Numbered from the stretch's first letter, positions 23,114 to 33,253 are shown. The stretch is DNA of 64,000 nt from an uncultured Gammaproteobacteria bacterium (GCA_964473565.1 CAYYPI010000002.1:3095-67094), one strand, 5' to 3'. Notes: generated by a model from the letters alone, not told the origin. Program-made: numbers and translations.

Positions 23114-25507
23114 TTATTCTAATTCATCAAAATTATTATTAGATATTCCCAGTCCTAGATTTCTCATTACTTGGAAAGCATCTGCCGGTCTCCCAAGAAA
23201 ATATCTTTTACCATCGTTAGGATTTACATACCAAGCCTCACCACTGTTTTCAACTTGTAAAAAGATTTTTCCTTTTTGCTCCTTAGAAAAATTATCATCT
23301 AAACTTAATCTACTAGGACCATTAGGATTATAATTACTTTCTAATTCTATTTTATCATTATAGCCATCACCATCTGAATCAGGATTATTAGGGTTAGTAC
23401 CAACAGCGTCTTCAAATAAATCAGGTAGACCATCACCATCTGAGTCAGGGCCAGTTAAATTACTCAAGGCAACAGGAATTTTATTTAAATTATCATTAGT
23501 AATTCCCACTCCTTGTTCACGCATTACAGAAAAAGCATCATTAGGTCTACCTAGATAATACATTTTTTTACTGCTTGGATGGATATAAAAAGCTTCACCA
23601 TTATCCTCAACTTTAAGCATTATTTTACCCTTTAAACTATCATACATTGGATTATTTATAATATTTCTTTCTTGTAGATTATTATCAAGATTTAATTCTG
23701 TGTCCTCAAGAGATAGATAAGATAACATTTCATTAAATTTATTTAAAATATCATTATAAGTATCTGTATTATCACCATAAAAAGCCAAACTTACAACAAT
23801 ATATTTATCACCAGTCTTAATATAATAAAATCTATTTTGCTCTATTATTTCACCAGTACTTATAGATTTATCAACAGTATCTAGCATTATTATATCGTTT
23901 AGATTATTACCTAAATTATAATAAGCATCTTCTTTTAACACCTCCATTCTTAAATCATAGTTACTTGTTATATTATTATTTTCTTTTACCTCTTGCTTTT
24001 TATGAACTAAAAATTCATCATTATTCAAGCTTTTTGTATTATCATCAGTTTTTTCAATATTAATATCAACAAATGCAGATTTATTTTGCTTATGAGTTAT
24101 GAATAAAGGGTGAGACTTGGAATTACGATCAAGTAAAACCCAGTCATTTTTAAGATTAATATTAAATTTTGGATTATCTTGGCTATACTCCTTTTTTTCA
24201 GAATAAGTTCCTGAATCTATTAGAACTATAGAATTTACAATATCATCTATTATACTTTTATCTTTATCATTTTCCCCATAATCATACAGAACTTTTAGTA
24301 GATAGTTTTCAACAGGAATATAATAAAAATTATGTTGTTCACCAGCTATTGAAAGGATAACTTTTTTAGCTTGATATCCATTTATTAATACATCCTCATT
24401 TTTTACAATTGTTGCCATAGAATTTAAAAATAGCAAGTCTCTTTTAATGCTTGACTCCACAATATCAGTGCCAACTTCATAAGGAAATTTAACATTAGTT
24501 ATTGAGATAATACCGCCTTGATCATCGCTTTTCTTATCAATTGACAACGTCACCTCATCTTCATGTGTAAAATCCCAATCTTCTGGTTTAGTTATTTTGT
24601 AGACCGGCTCATTATTAATAAATTCATTATTATTTTTTATATTAATAATTTTTTTAGCCAAATCTTCAAGTCTAGTTGTTAGGGAGCTGGACTGTGGATT
24701 TTTAGCAATATTTGAATTAATCCAACTATTTAGCGAATTAGCACTAATTATATAACCTAAACTACCAAGAGTGTCAGAATGAGAACTACTAGTTATACCA
24801 ATAACTCCTGCCTTAGAATCTATAGCTGCTCCGCCTGAGCTACCATAAGACATAACTGCATCAGTTTTTAGCCAGCTTTTATTATATTTATTCTCTTTAC
24901 CGCTTAATACTCCTTTAGTTATTGTTATTGTATTACCCCCAATTGAAGGGTAGCCTAAAACTGTGACTTCATCATTTACTGAGATAGTTTCTGAAGTATT
25001 TAGATTTAAATATGAAAAAGATTCTTTATTACTATAATTATCTATGTTTTGTATTTTTAACAAAGCAACATCTAAATCTTTATCACTAGCAATTAATTCT
25101 CCACTATATTTACATTCTGGCTCATTATTAATATCTTCTGTTAAGCAAATCATATAAGAAGCTTCTTTCTCTGTACTATCAAAATCATCTTCCAGTGTGA
25201 CTACATGGTGGTTAGTTAATACAGTACCTTTTGAATCTATTATTACACCCGAACCAGTTGAAAAAAGACTCAACTCATTATCAACATTTAAGCTATAAGA
25301 TTTTATTTTTACTATTGCTTTATGAGCATCAGCTTTAGGTAGATCACTTACATCTGTAATAATTTCATTATTTGAATCAGAAACAATGTTAAAAGAAGTT
25401 GATGTAAATATGTCTTGAGCGGCCTGTATGTATTTATTTGGCACAAAAAAAGATATTAAAATAAGACACGATAACATTAAAAAATAAAATGGTTTTAGTT
25501 TTTTCAT
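23114..25507 (-). CDS. secreted trypsin-like serine protease (S1 family) with Ca-binding-type DxDxDG repeats and two ~50-aa repeat modules at the C-terminus
   Basis: Signal peptide. Triad context TNHHVV, DVALLKI and YGSSGGA. DSDGDGLPD and DSDGDGYND repeats. Modules GKIMLKVEDNGEAFYIHP... and GKIFLQVENSGEAWYVNP... Confidence 0.75.
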   Translation of the reverse strand: MKKLKPFYFLMLSCLILISFFVPNKYIQAAQDIFTSTSFNIVSDSNNEIITDVSDLPKADAHKAIVKIKSYSLNVDNELSLFSTGSGVIIDSKGTVLTNHHVVTLEDDFDSTEKEASYMICLTEDINNEPECKYSGELIASDKDLDVALLKIQNIDNYSNKESFSYLNLNTSETISVNDEVTVLGYPSIGGNTITITKGVLSGKENKYNKSWLKTDAVMSYGSSGGAAIDSKAGVIGITSSSHSDTLGSLGYIISANSLNSWINSNIAKNPQSSSLTTRLEDLAKKIINIKNNNEFINNEPVYKITKPEDWDFTHEDEVTLSIDKKSDDQGGIISITNVKFPYEVGTDIVESSIKRDLLFLNSMATIVKNEDVLINGYQAKKVILSIAGEQHNFYYIPVENYLLKVLYDYGENDKDKSIIDDIVNSIVLIDSGTYSEKKEYSQDNPKFNINLKNDWVLLDRNSKSHPLFITHKQNKSAFVDINIEKTDDNTKSLNNDEFLVHKKQEVKENNNITSNYDLRMEVLKEDAYYNLGNNLNDIIMLDTVDKSISTGEIIEQNRFYYIKTGDKYIVVSLAFYGDNTDTYNDILNKFNEMLSYLSLEDTELNLDNNLQERNIINNPMYDSLKGKIMLKVEDNGEAFYIHPSSKKMYYLGRPNDAFSVMREQGVGITNDNLNKIPVALSNLTGPDSDGDGLPDLFEDAVGTNPNNPDSDGDGYNDKIELESNYNPNGPSRLSLDDNFSKEQKGKIFLQVENSGEAWYVNPNDGKRYFLGRPADAFQVMRNLGLGISNNNFDELE

Positions 25508-25555
25508 AAGTTTTTTTTAAACATTGTTAATAAATATATTAAAGATAATTTTAAA

Positions 25556-26038
25556 TTATTTTAATGCTTCATTTAAACAATCCGTTTTGCTATTAAAATT
25601 ATTGCCATTAAAACTAATTATTCTTATATTAGGATCTTCAGGCGAAATTGTAGAAATAGAATCAACACAGTAAATAAGTTTTTCATTAATTGCTTTTACT
25701 TTAATCACATAATTATCATTGGTAGTAAAAATCATATGCTCTGCATTTGCTTTATTATAAGGTTCCTTTTCAGTAAGTGTGTCAATTCTTCTATTATTAA
25801 GATCATTTTCATAGAAACCATCAAAAGAATTATTTTTCTGACCCCAATCTTGTAAAATATCCCTTAAGCTGAATGTAACAACTTTTAAATTGACATCTTT
25901 TATCTTATCTTGATTAGATTTTAACTCCTCTGAATAATAATCTTTCATTTGATCAAACTGAAAATATATATACAACTTAACCCCGACACCCACAAGAACA
26001 ATAACAGTAATTATAATTAATATTTTTTTTAAACTCAT
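25556..26038 (-). CDS. membrane-anchored hypothetical protein
   Basis: 160 aa with a single N-terminal TM. Lies between the Clp-like ATPase and the protease. Confidence 0.5.
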   Translation of the reverse strand: MSLKKILIIITVIVLVGVGVKLYIYFQFDQMKDYYSEELKSNQDKIKDVNLKVVTFSLRDILQDWGQKNNSFDGFYENDLNNRRIDTLTEKEPYNKANAEHMIFTTNDNYVIKVKAINEKLIYCVDSISTISPEDPNIRIISFNGNNFNSKTDCLNEALK

Positions 26039-26062
26039 AATTTTGTTTTGTTTATTTTATTA

Positions 26063-28759
26063 TTATAATTGTCTGCCTTGTTTTACTTCTACTTTAGCCT
26101 GAGAGTTAATGTAAATAGTATCCCTTCTTCTAATCTTATCTTGTAATAACAAGTTGGCAATTTCGTTTTCCACTTTATCTTGTAGTAATCTTCTAAGTGG
26201 CCTAGCACCAAATTTAGGATCATAACCTTGCTGAGCAAGCTTTTCTACGCCACTTTCAGCATAATCAATATATATACCTTTTTGCTCTAAGCGCTTACCA
26301 ATCTTTTTAAGCATTAACTTGCAAATAGCTAAAACATTTTCAGGACTAAGTGGTTTAAAGACAATCACACCATCAAAACGATTGATTAATTCTGGTCTAA
26401 GAACTTTATTTAAATGTTCATCAATCAAAGCTTCTTTAATTATACTAATATCCACTTCTTTCTTTACTGCTTCTTGAATATATAAAGCACCAGCATTAGA
26501 GGTGGCAATAATAATTGAACTAGAAAAACTAATAGTTCTTCCTTGTCCATCAGTAAGTCTACCATCATCCATCATCTGTAAGAAAAGGTTTAAAATATCA
26601 GGATGAGCTTTTTCAATTTCATCAAAAAGTATTAAAGAAAAAGGCTTCTTCCTTACCGCTTCAGTTAGATAACCCAGAGTGCCATCACTATCCCCAATCA
26701 TCTTCTTAACACTATCAGGGTGCTGATACTCACTCATATCTAAACGGATCATGTACTTTTCATCACCAAAATATATATCACTAACAGCTTTAGCTAACTC
26801 TGTTTTACCTACACCAGTTGGACCCAAAAACAAGAAATTAGCAATTGGTCTATCAGTTTCTCTTACCTGTGTACGACTACGTCTTAAACTATTTGCTACT
26901 GCACTAACAGCTTCCTCTTGACCCACTAATCTAGCATGTATGTACTCTTCTAAATTGATAAGCTTATGAGTCTCATCTTGGGAGATCTGATCAAAAGGAA
27001 TACCTAATTCTTCACTTAAAACTCTAGAAACATCATTTTCTGTACAAACACAGTCTTTACCAGTGCTTTGGCACCTTTGATAAACTTGTCCAGCAGTTTT
27101 TCTTACTAAATTAATAGCTTTTTCTGGTAAAAACTTATTCTGAATATATTTATCACTAATTTTCACAGCTTTAGCAATAGCTTTATATGAAAAATATATA
27201 CCATAATGTGCTTCTAACTGATTAATTTTGCTCTCTGTCATGCAGATTGCCTGATCTATACTAGGCTCAGATACACCTACCGTACTTAGAATATTTCCTA
27301 AGGCTGAATTTTCTATATAGTTAGAATAATTAGCTCTTGTAACTGAACCAATAAAGTAAAGAGCTCTTTTATCTAAAGCATCAGCTAAAACCTCAGTTAA
27401 CTCTAAGCTCTCTTTGGAGCCAGAGCTAATTCCGCTTAAGTTTTCTATGTTTTCAATAAATAAGACAATATTTTTAGCTCTATTTATCTCATATGTACAG
27501 GTAAGGAGTCTTTGACTAGCTTCACTAGCACTAACACCACTGATAATTTTTGAAAGGTTAAGCTCTAATAATCTTTTATCTTGTAAAAATTTGGGCACCT
27601 CTTCTTTTACCATTAACTGCGCTAAGCCTTCAATGATAGTTCTCTTACCAACACCATATTCTCCTACTAAAATTGTGCCGGCATGTCCACTTTGCCAAGC
27701 TTGAAATATAGCTGAAAATTCTTTTTCCCTACCTACACAAAGCTCAAATTGATTGTATTTAGCTTTTAGAGTTAAGTCACTTGAAAAGCGGTTTAAAATT
27801 GGAGTAGCTACAGCGGTATATGATTTATTCATAGCTGAACCTGGCTTCAAGCGTGCTAATTTTCTTAACTCTTTTTTATTATTTTTAAATTTTTGATTAA
27901 TATAATGCCATTCAATAACATTTCTAAGTTTAGAGATATCTATTTTTAAATCATAAAGTATTTCTTCAATAATTTTATCTTTTTCAACTATAGGAATTAA
28001 AATATTCCATGGTTCTACTGCTTTTAATCTATACTCAGTAGCATTTAAATAAGCACTGATTAAGACTTGACGAGTTAAAGGGCTAACAGAAGAATTGCTT
28101 TGATTTTCTTCCTCTTGCTTAAGATGTCTTTTTAAAGTTGAGATTAGCTTTTTAGCATCTATATTTAATCGTGTGAAAATATTTTTTACCACCTCATCAC
28201 TTAAAAGTGACCAAAATAAATGTTTAGTAGTCGCTTGTCTTTGCCCTAATTTTCTAGATAAGAGATAAGCATCTTCCACAATCTTCACAGTTTTATCATT
28301 ATAAACTGTAGCAATATCTAAAGCCTCTTTTTTATTTTTCACTACAAGTCCAGTATTTGAAGTATCACCTTCCTTCCCTTTCTTGTATTTTATCTTTTCT
28401 TTTTTAGCTTTCTTTTCACTTTGTCTATAGATTATAAACATATCAAAAAACAAAGAGATCAAAAAAACTAATATCAACCAACTTTGATGCCTCCAAAACA
28501 TTAAAATCTCACTTGTGCTTTTATTAGTATCTGCACTAAATTCTAAGTAAAACCAATATATTAAAGCTAGCCACCCTAAAACAGCTAAAAAATAAAAGAT
28601 TATTAAAATAAGTTTATCTAAGCTCTTCTTAGTTCTTTTTAAGTATATGAAAGCGCGATTTAAAGGTTGTCCCCAAAATAATCTCTGACCTAAAAATATA
28701 TCTTCGTTTTCCGGTTGCTTGTCTTTATTAAAATTAGGTAGGAAATTGTTATCTGACAT
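26063..28759 (-). CDS. membrane-anchored Clp/Hsp100-family AAA+ ATPase, D1 degenerate and D2 intact
   Basis: Two N-terminal TM helices and Clp_N-like repeats. D1 Walker A is GEYGVGKRT and Walker B is VLFIENIEN (both non-canonical). D2 is canonical: [33 protein letters not shown]. No long M-domain. Confidence 0.8.
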   Translation of the reverse strand: MSDNNFLPNFNKDKQPENEDIFLGQRLFWGQPLNRAFIYLKRTKKSLDKLILIIFYFLAVLGWLALIYWFYLEFSADTNKSTSEILMFWRHQSWLILVFLISLFFDMFIIYRQSEKKAKKEKIKYKKGKEGDTSNTGLVVKNKKEALDIATVYNDKTVKIVEDAYLLSRKLGQRQATTKHLFWSLLSDEVVKNIFTRLNIDAKKLISTLKRHLKQEEENQSNSSVSPLTRQVLISAYLNATEYRLKAVEPWNILIPIVEKDKIIEEILYDLKIDISKLRNVIEWHYINQKFKNNKKELRKLARLKPGSAMNKSYTAVATPILNRFSSDLTLKAKYNQFELCVGREKEFSAIFQAWQSGHAGTILVGEYGVGKRTIIEGLAQLMVKEEVPKFLQDKRLLELNLSKIISGVSASEASQRLLTCTYEINRAKNIVLFIENIENLSGISSGSKESLELTEVLADALDKRALYFIGSVTRANYSNYIENSALGNILSTVGVSEPSIDQAICMTESKINQLEAHYGIYFSYKAIAKAVKISDKYIQNKFLPEKAINLVRKTAGQVYQRCQSTGKDCVCTENDVSRVLSEELGIPFDQISQDETHKLINLEEYIHARLVGQEEAVSAVANSLRRSRTQVRETDRPIANFLFLGPTGVGKTELAKAVSDIYFGDEKYMIRLDMSEYQHPDSVKKMIGDSDGTLGYLTEAVRKKPFSLILFDEIEKAHPDILNLFLQMMDDGRLTDGQGRTISFSSSIIIATSNAGALYIQEAVKKEVDISIIKEALIDEHLNKVLRPELINRFDGVIVFKPLSPENVLAICKLMLKKIGKRLEQKGIYIDYAESGVEKLAQQGYDPKFGARPLRRLLQDKVENEIANLLLQDKIRRRDTIYINSQAKVEVKQGRQL

Positions 28760-28762
28760 AAT

Positions 28763-29125
28763 TTATATTAATTGCAAAATAATAGCATACACTACTAAGA
28801 CTGGTATTAAAGCCCAAAAGAAAAATAATATTAAACAGAAAATAAAAATAAGTAATAAAATTATTCCTCTAAATATAACTTGCACTAAACGTATAAAAAA
28901 ACTGATTAATCTCCCACTAAAATCAGTTTGTCCGTACATGGGGATAAAAATATTTTTTAACCAAATCCAAACCCCTAAAGATGCGCTTTGCCAAGATAAA
29001 AAATTATACAAGCCCCTACCAAAACGTAACCAGCCTTGGCTGTACCACCAAATAGGAAAATACAAAAATTCCCAGATTATCTGAACAAATAGTTTAGGGC
29101 TAGCTGTAAGAGTTTTTATTTTCAT
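28763..29125 (-). CDS. small Trp-rich polytopic membrane protein
   Basis: 120 aa. Its stop is 4 nt before the Clp-like ATPase start, so the two are probably translationally linked. Confidence 0.5.
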   Translation of the reverse strand: MKIKTLTASPKLFVQIIWEFLYFPIWWYSQGWLRFGRGLYNFLSWQSASLGVWIWLKNIFIPMYGQTDFSGRLISFFIRLVQVIFRGIILLLIFIFCLILFFFWALIPVLVVYAIILQLI

Positions 29126-29177
29126 ATATATTTTAATTATAACATAAAAAGCAGTAATAATAAAAATAAAATAAGCA

Positions 29178-29206
29178 TTGACAAGTAATATATCTTTGAC
29201 TATAAT
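29178..29206 (+). promoter_or_regulatory. consensus sigma-70-type promoter of clpB
   Basis: TTGACA (29178-29183), a 17-nt spacer, then TATAAT (29201-29206). Confidence 0.75.
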
Positions 29207-29209
29207 GTA

Positions 29210-29236
29210 TTAGCACTCTAGAAAAGTGAGTGCTAA
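29210..29236 (+). promoter_or_regulatory. CIRCE element (HrcA operator)
   Basis: TTAGCACTC-tagaaaagt-GAGTGCTAA is a perfect match to the CIRCE consensus TTAGCACTC-N9-GAGTGCTAA. It starts 4 nt after the -10 box. Confidence 0.9.
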
Positions 29237-29265
29237 ATAAAACAAGTAACTATATCAATAATTAT

Positions 29266-31923
29266 ATGGAAAATATGTTTAATAAATTTACCAATAAATC
29301 ACAAGAGGCTATCATTAATGCGCAAATGTTAGCTCAAGAAAATGGACAGGAAAATATTGAAGCCCTGCATCTTTTGGCTGCCTTAATACAACAGCAAGAA
29401 GGAGTAGTTAGGCCTATACTTGAAAAAATGAAAGTTGATCCTGATCAACTTGAGTATGAATCTTTAGACAAGCTTAATAACCTACCTAAAACTCATACTG
29501 ACAAACCTGATTACGGCAATATCAATACAGTTCAAGGAACTGGTGAGGTAGCTGCTATCTTAGAAAGAGCAAAAAAAGAATCTGAAGCATTACAAGACCA
29601 GTACATCTCTACAGAACATATACTTTTAGCTTTAATTGGTGTAAAGTCACCTGCTCAGAATTTATTACTTAAATACAAAATTAGCTATGAAAATGTATAT
29701 AAACTTTTAGATGAAGTTAGGGGTAAGCAAAAAGTGACTGATCCTGCTCCAGAGAAAAAATTCAGAATACTAGAAAAATATACTACCAATCTAACTGAAA
29801 TGGCTAGAACTAAAAAATTAGATCCTGTTATTGGAAGGGATACTGAAATTAGAAGGATTATGCAGGTATTACTTCGTAGGACAAAAAATAACCCTGTTCT
29901 AATTGGAGAAGCAGGAACTGGTAAAACAGCTATTGTTGAAGGTTTAGCACAAAGAATTATTAGCGGTGATGTACCAGAAAATCTTAAAAACAAAGAAATT
30001 GTAACACTTGATTTAGGTTCCCTTTTAGCTGGAGCAAAATTTAGAGGTGAGTTTGAAGAAAGATTAAAAGCTGTGCTTAAAGAAATTAAGAGTCAAGAAG
30101 GTAAAACCATCCTTTTTATTGACGAGCTACACACTTTAGTTGGTACTGGCGCTACTGAGGGCTCTATGGACGCATCCAATATGTTAAAACCAGCTTTAGC
30201 TAGGGGTGAGTTAAGAACTATAGGGGCTACTACCACTAAAGAATATCAAAAATATATTGAAAAAGATGCTGCTTTAGAAAGAAGGTTTCAACCAATAATG
30301 GTAGATGAGCCAAGTCATGAAGATGCTATTAACATTTTAAGAGGAATTAAAGAAAAATATGAAGTGCATCATGGTGTTCGTATTACTGATAATGCAGTTA
30401 AAGCTTCTGTTGAACTTTCTACTCGCTACATTAGTGACCGCTTCTTACCAGATAAAGCAGTGGATTTAATTGATGAAGCTACTTCAGCCTTACGCATGGA
30501 AATTGACTCTATGCCTGAAGAGTTAGATGAGCTAAAACGAGAAGTAGAAAAGCTAGAAATTGCTAAAGCCGGTTTAGAATCAGAGAAAAAACAAAATACT
30601 AATCAGTATAAAAAATTAAGAAAAGACTTAGAACAAGTACGAGAAAAAGCTAATCAACTAGAGCTACACTGGAAAAATGAAAAGAACATCATTGCTACCA
30701 TTAGAAATCATAAAAAGAAAATAGATAAATTAAAGATTCAAGCTGAGATAATACAAAGACGTGGTGATGACTTAACCGAGGTCGCTCGTATTAGATATGG
30801 AGAAATACCTGAATTAGAAAAAGAGGTTAAAAAAGAAGAAGCTAAGTTAATTAAAATACAAAAGAAAGGTCAGCATATATTAAAAGAAGAAATAGATGCA
30901 GAAGATATCGCAAAAGTTGTAGCTCGTTGGACAGGAGTACCAGTTAATAAAATGCTAGAGAGTGAAATAAAGAAGCTGGAAAAAGCCGAGACTGAACTAA
31001 AAAAACAAGTAGTAGGACAAGATGAAGCTATTGTTTCTGTTTCTAATGCCTTAAGAAGATCAAGAGCTGGAATTAATGAAGAACAAAAACCTATTGGCTC
31101 TTTCTTATTTGTTGGTCCAACTGGTGTTGGAAAAACTGAATTAGCTAAAGCTTTAGCTAAGTTCATGTTTAACAATGAAGATTCTTTACTTAGATTAGAT
31201 ATGAGTGAATTCATGGAAAAACATTCTGTGGCAAGACTTATAGGTTCACCTCCTGGCTATGTAGCTCATGATGAAGGTGGACAACTAACTGAAAAAGTAA
31301 GACGCAGACCGTATAGTGTAATACTTTTTGATGAAGTAGAAAAAGCTCACCCTGAAGTATTTAACATCTTATTACAAATCCTAGATGATGGTCATATGAC
31401 TGACTCTAAAGGAAGAAAAGTTAACTTCAAAAATACTATTATCATCATGACCTCTAATCTTGGTAATGAAGTAATTAAAGAATATTCTATTGGTTTCAAG
31501 GAAGCTGAAGCAGATGCTACTGAAGGTGAAGGTAGGGATAAAGAAATGAAAGAAAAGATAGATAACATCTTAAAAGAATTCTTTAAATTAGAATTTTTAA
31601 ATCGTATTGATGAAATTGTATTATTCAAGAGCTTGGACACCAAAACCCTAGCAAAGATTGTTGAATTAGAATTAAAGAAAGTAGAAAAGAGACTACATAA
31701 TAAAAATATTAGTATTAAGGTGAGCCAAAAAGTAAAGAAACTTTTAGCTGAAAAAGGGTTTGATATTACCTTTGGAGCAAGACCTCTTAAACGTTTAATT
31801 CAAACTATGATTTTAGATGAGTTAGCTATGGATATTATTGCTGGTAAAGTTAAAGAAGGTGACAAAGTTAGTATTGATGTAACAGAAAAGGATGATGATA
31901 AGGTTTCTCTGCAAGTTAAATAG
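29266..31923 (+). CDS. clpB: ClpB-type chaperone/disaggregase (two intact AAA+ modules, long M-domain, plus an IGF-containing loop)
   Basis: [25 protein letters not shown], an M-domain of about 125 aa with [24 protein letters not shown] and [11 protein letters not shown]. Start moved to ATG 29266 (or 29275) because the track's GTG at 29230 lies inside CIRCE. Confidence 0.9.
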   Translation: MENMFNKFTNKSQEAIINAQMLAQENGQENIEALHLLAALIQQQEGVVRPILEKMKVDPDQLEYESLDKLNNLPKTHTDKPDYGNINTVQGTGEVAAILERAKKESEALQDQYISTEHILLALIGVKSPAQNLLLKYKISYENVYKLLDEVRGKQKVTDPAPEKKFRILEKYTTNLTEMARTKKLDPVIGRDTEIRRIMQVLLRRTKNNPVLIGEAGTGKTAIVEGLAQRIISGDVPENLKNKEIVTLDLGSLLAGAKFRGEFEERLKAVLKEIKSQEGKTILFIDELHTLVGTGATEGSMDASNMLKPALARGELRTIGATTTKEYQKYIEKDAALERRFQPIMVDEPSHEDAINILRGIKEKYEVHHGVRITDNAVKASVELSTRYISDRFLPDKAVDLIDEATSALRMEIDSMPEELDELKREVEKLEIAKAGLESEKKQNTNQYKKLRKDLEQVREKANQLELHWKNEKNIIATIRNHKKKIDKLKIQAEIIQRRGDDLTEVARIRYGEIPELEKEVKKEEAKLIKIQKKGQHILKEEIDAEDIAKVVARWTGVPVNKMLESEIKKLEKAETELKKQVVGQDEAIVSVSNALRRSRAGINEEQKPIGSFLFVGPTGVGKTELAKALAKFMFNNEDSLLRLDMSEFMEKHSVARLIGSPPGYVAHDEGGQLTEKVRRRPYSVILFDEVEKAHPEVFNILLQILDDGHMTDSKGRKVNFKNTIIIMTSNLGNEVIKEYSIGFKEAEADATEGEGRDKEMKEKIDNILKEFFKLEFLNRIDEIVLFKSLDTKTLAKIVELELKKVEKRLHNKNISIKVSQKVKKLLAEKGFDITFGARPLKRLIQTMILDELAMDIIAGKVKEGDKVSIDVTEKDDDKVSLQVK

Positions 31924-31950
31924 AAATTAAAGATACTTGAAGATAAAATA

Positions 31951-31979
31951 AAAACCGCTTTTAATTAAGCGGTTTTTTC
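31951..31979. terminator. bidirectional terminator (clpB / 31981 ORF)
   Basis: AAAACCGCTT / AAGCGGTTTT stem with flanking A- and T-runs. Confidence 0.75.
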
Positions 31980-31980
31980 T

Positions 31981-32496
31981 TTATTTTTCTATAACTAAAT
32001 ATCTTTGATAAATAGTTTGCAGATTATCTTTATAATCCGCAATAGAGTCCCAATAGTCTAAACCCAACGATTCAATTAACTCTATAAAAGCATATGAAAC
32101 TGTTGAGTTATAAACTACAATAGTTAAGCTCAGTTGCTTGTTAAAAGGTATACTAGAAATATTTCCACTTTCCGCTCTACCTTCAGGTTTAATGTATTTC
32201 TTTTCATAATACACAAAAGCTTCATCTTCTTTAGATCTTAGAATAAAGCCAAGTGGAGACTGAAGCCTATTATCAACTTCAATCCTAGATCTTGTGCTAG
32301 TATAACTAGGCCAAATCTTTATTTCTAAGTTACCTAAAATTTCAGGCTCAGGACTTAAAACATAAACACCATCATCGTGGGCATCCTGGATATAAACTAT
32401 CACCTCCTCAACTATAATCTCCTTTTTACAGGACTTAAAGACAAGAAGCATGCTAAGCAGAAGAAAACAATAAATAAAATAAAGAGACTTTTTCAT
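31981..32496 (-). CDS. putative lipoprotein, unknown function
   Basis: Signal peptide ending LVFKSC. Confidence 0.45.
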   Translation of the reverse strand: MKKSLYFIYCFLLLSMLLVFKSCKKEIIVEEVIVYIQDAHDDGVYVLSPEPEILGNLEIKIWPSYTSTRSRIEVDNRLQSPLGFILRSKEDEAFVYYEKKYIKPEGRAESGNISSIPFNKQLSLTIVVYNSTVSYAFIELIESLGLDYWDSIADYKDNLQTIYQRYLVIEK

Positions 32497-32602
32497 GATA
32501 ATTATTTTTTTGTTTAAGAACTATAAATTTAATTAATTTTAATAAAAAATCCCCTAAAATCAAATAGTTAAACCTAAAAGACTATAAGGGACTAATTTTA
32601 AG

Positions 32603-33253
32603 TCAAGAATCTTCCCTGCAAGGTACCACCAAGCGAGGATCATTTAAAGAACTTAAAATACGATTACTTTTAAAACTGACAACATTCAAATCCAAGCTAT
32701 CTAGGTTTTTGTAAACGCTAGCTACGAAGTATTTATTATTTTCTTTAAAAAGGAAAAAGGTGGCAGCACCATTTGCTTTTAAGTAATCTGGATATTTTTC
32801 ACAAAATCTACTAATTTGACTTTGTGTTAAACATAAAGTGCTTAATCTATTGCTAACAGCTGTAAATATTTGCTCATAGCTAGCATCCTTTTTAATTTCA
32901 TAAACCTTAACTTCAAGCTCCTTTGTTTCTTTCTGTTTATTGTTCATACTCCAAAAAGAAGTATCTAAATAGCCAGAAAAAATCTTTTTAGCCCTAGCTT
33001 TAATGTTAGAATCACTTGCTTGTGCTTCTAAAATAAGTTTTTTATCACTTACAAGCAGAGATAAAATATTAGCTGATTTTCTGTCACTATTAAAAAGTTC
33101 TTCATAGAATTCAAAAATCTCTATAGGATCTTCAATTAAGTCTTGTATTCGTTTAGCGCTAGGCTTCTTTTTTAAAATAGCATTAATAATAGCCTTATCA
33201 ACAATTGCGCTAAGCTCTAATGCTTGTTTGTAGCCTATACTTCCTTGTTTCAT
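32603..33253 (-). CDS. hypothetical protein
   Basis: 216-aa ORF. The C-terminal half has a weak resemblance to the 7368/39165 family. Confidence 0.45.
   Translation of the reverse strand: MKQGSIGYKQALELSAIVDKAIINAILKKKPSAKRIQDLIEDPIEIFEFYEELFNSDRKSANILSLLVSDKKLILEAQASDSNIKARAKKIFSGYLDTSFWSMNNKQKETKELEVKVYEIKKDASYEQIFTAVSNRLSTLCLTQSQISRFCEKYPDYLKANGAATFFLFKENNKYFVASVYKNLDSLDLNVVSFKSNRILSSLNDPRLVVPCREDS

Noticed and set aside
29230-29265. GTG start of clpB given by the ORF track.
   Set aside because: The codon lies inside the right arm of the CIRCE operator, only about 24 nt from the -10 box. ATG at 29266 or 29275 gives the canonical Clp N-terminus.
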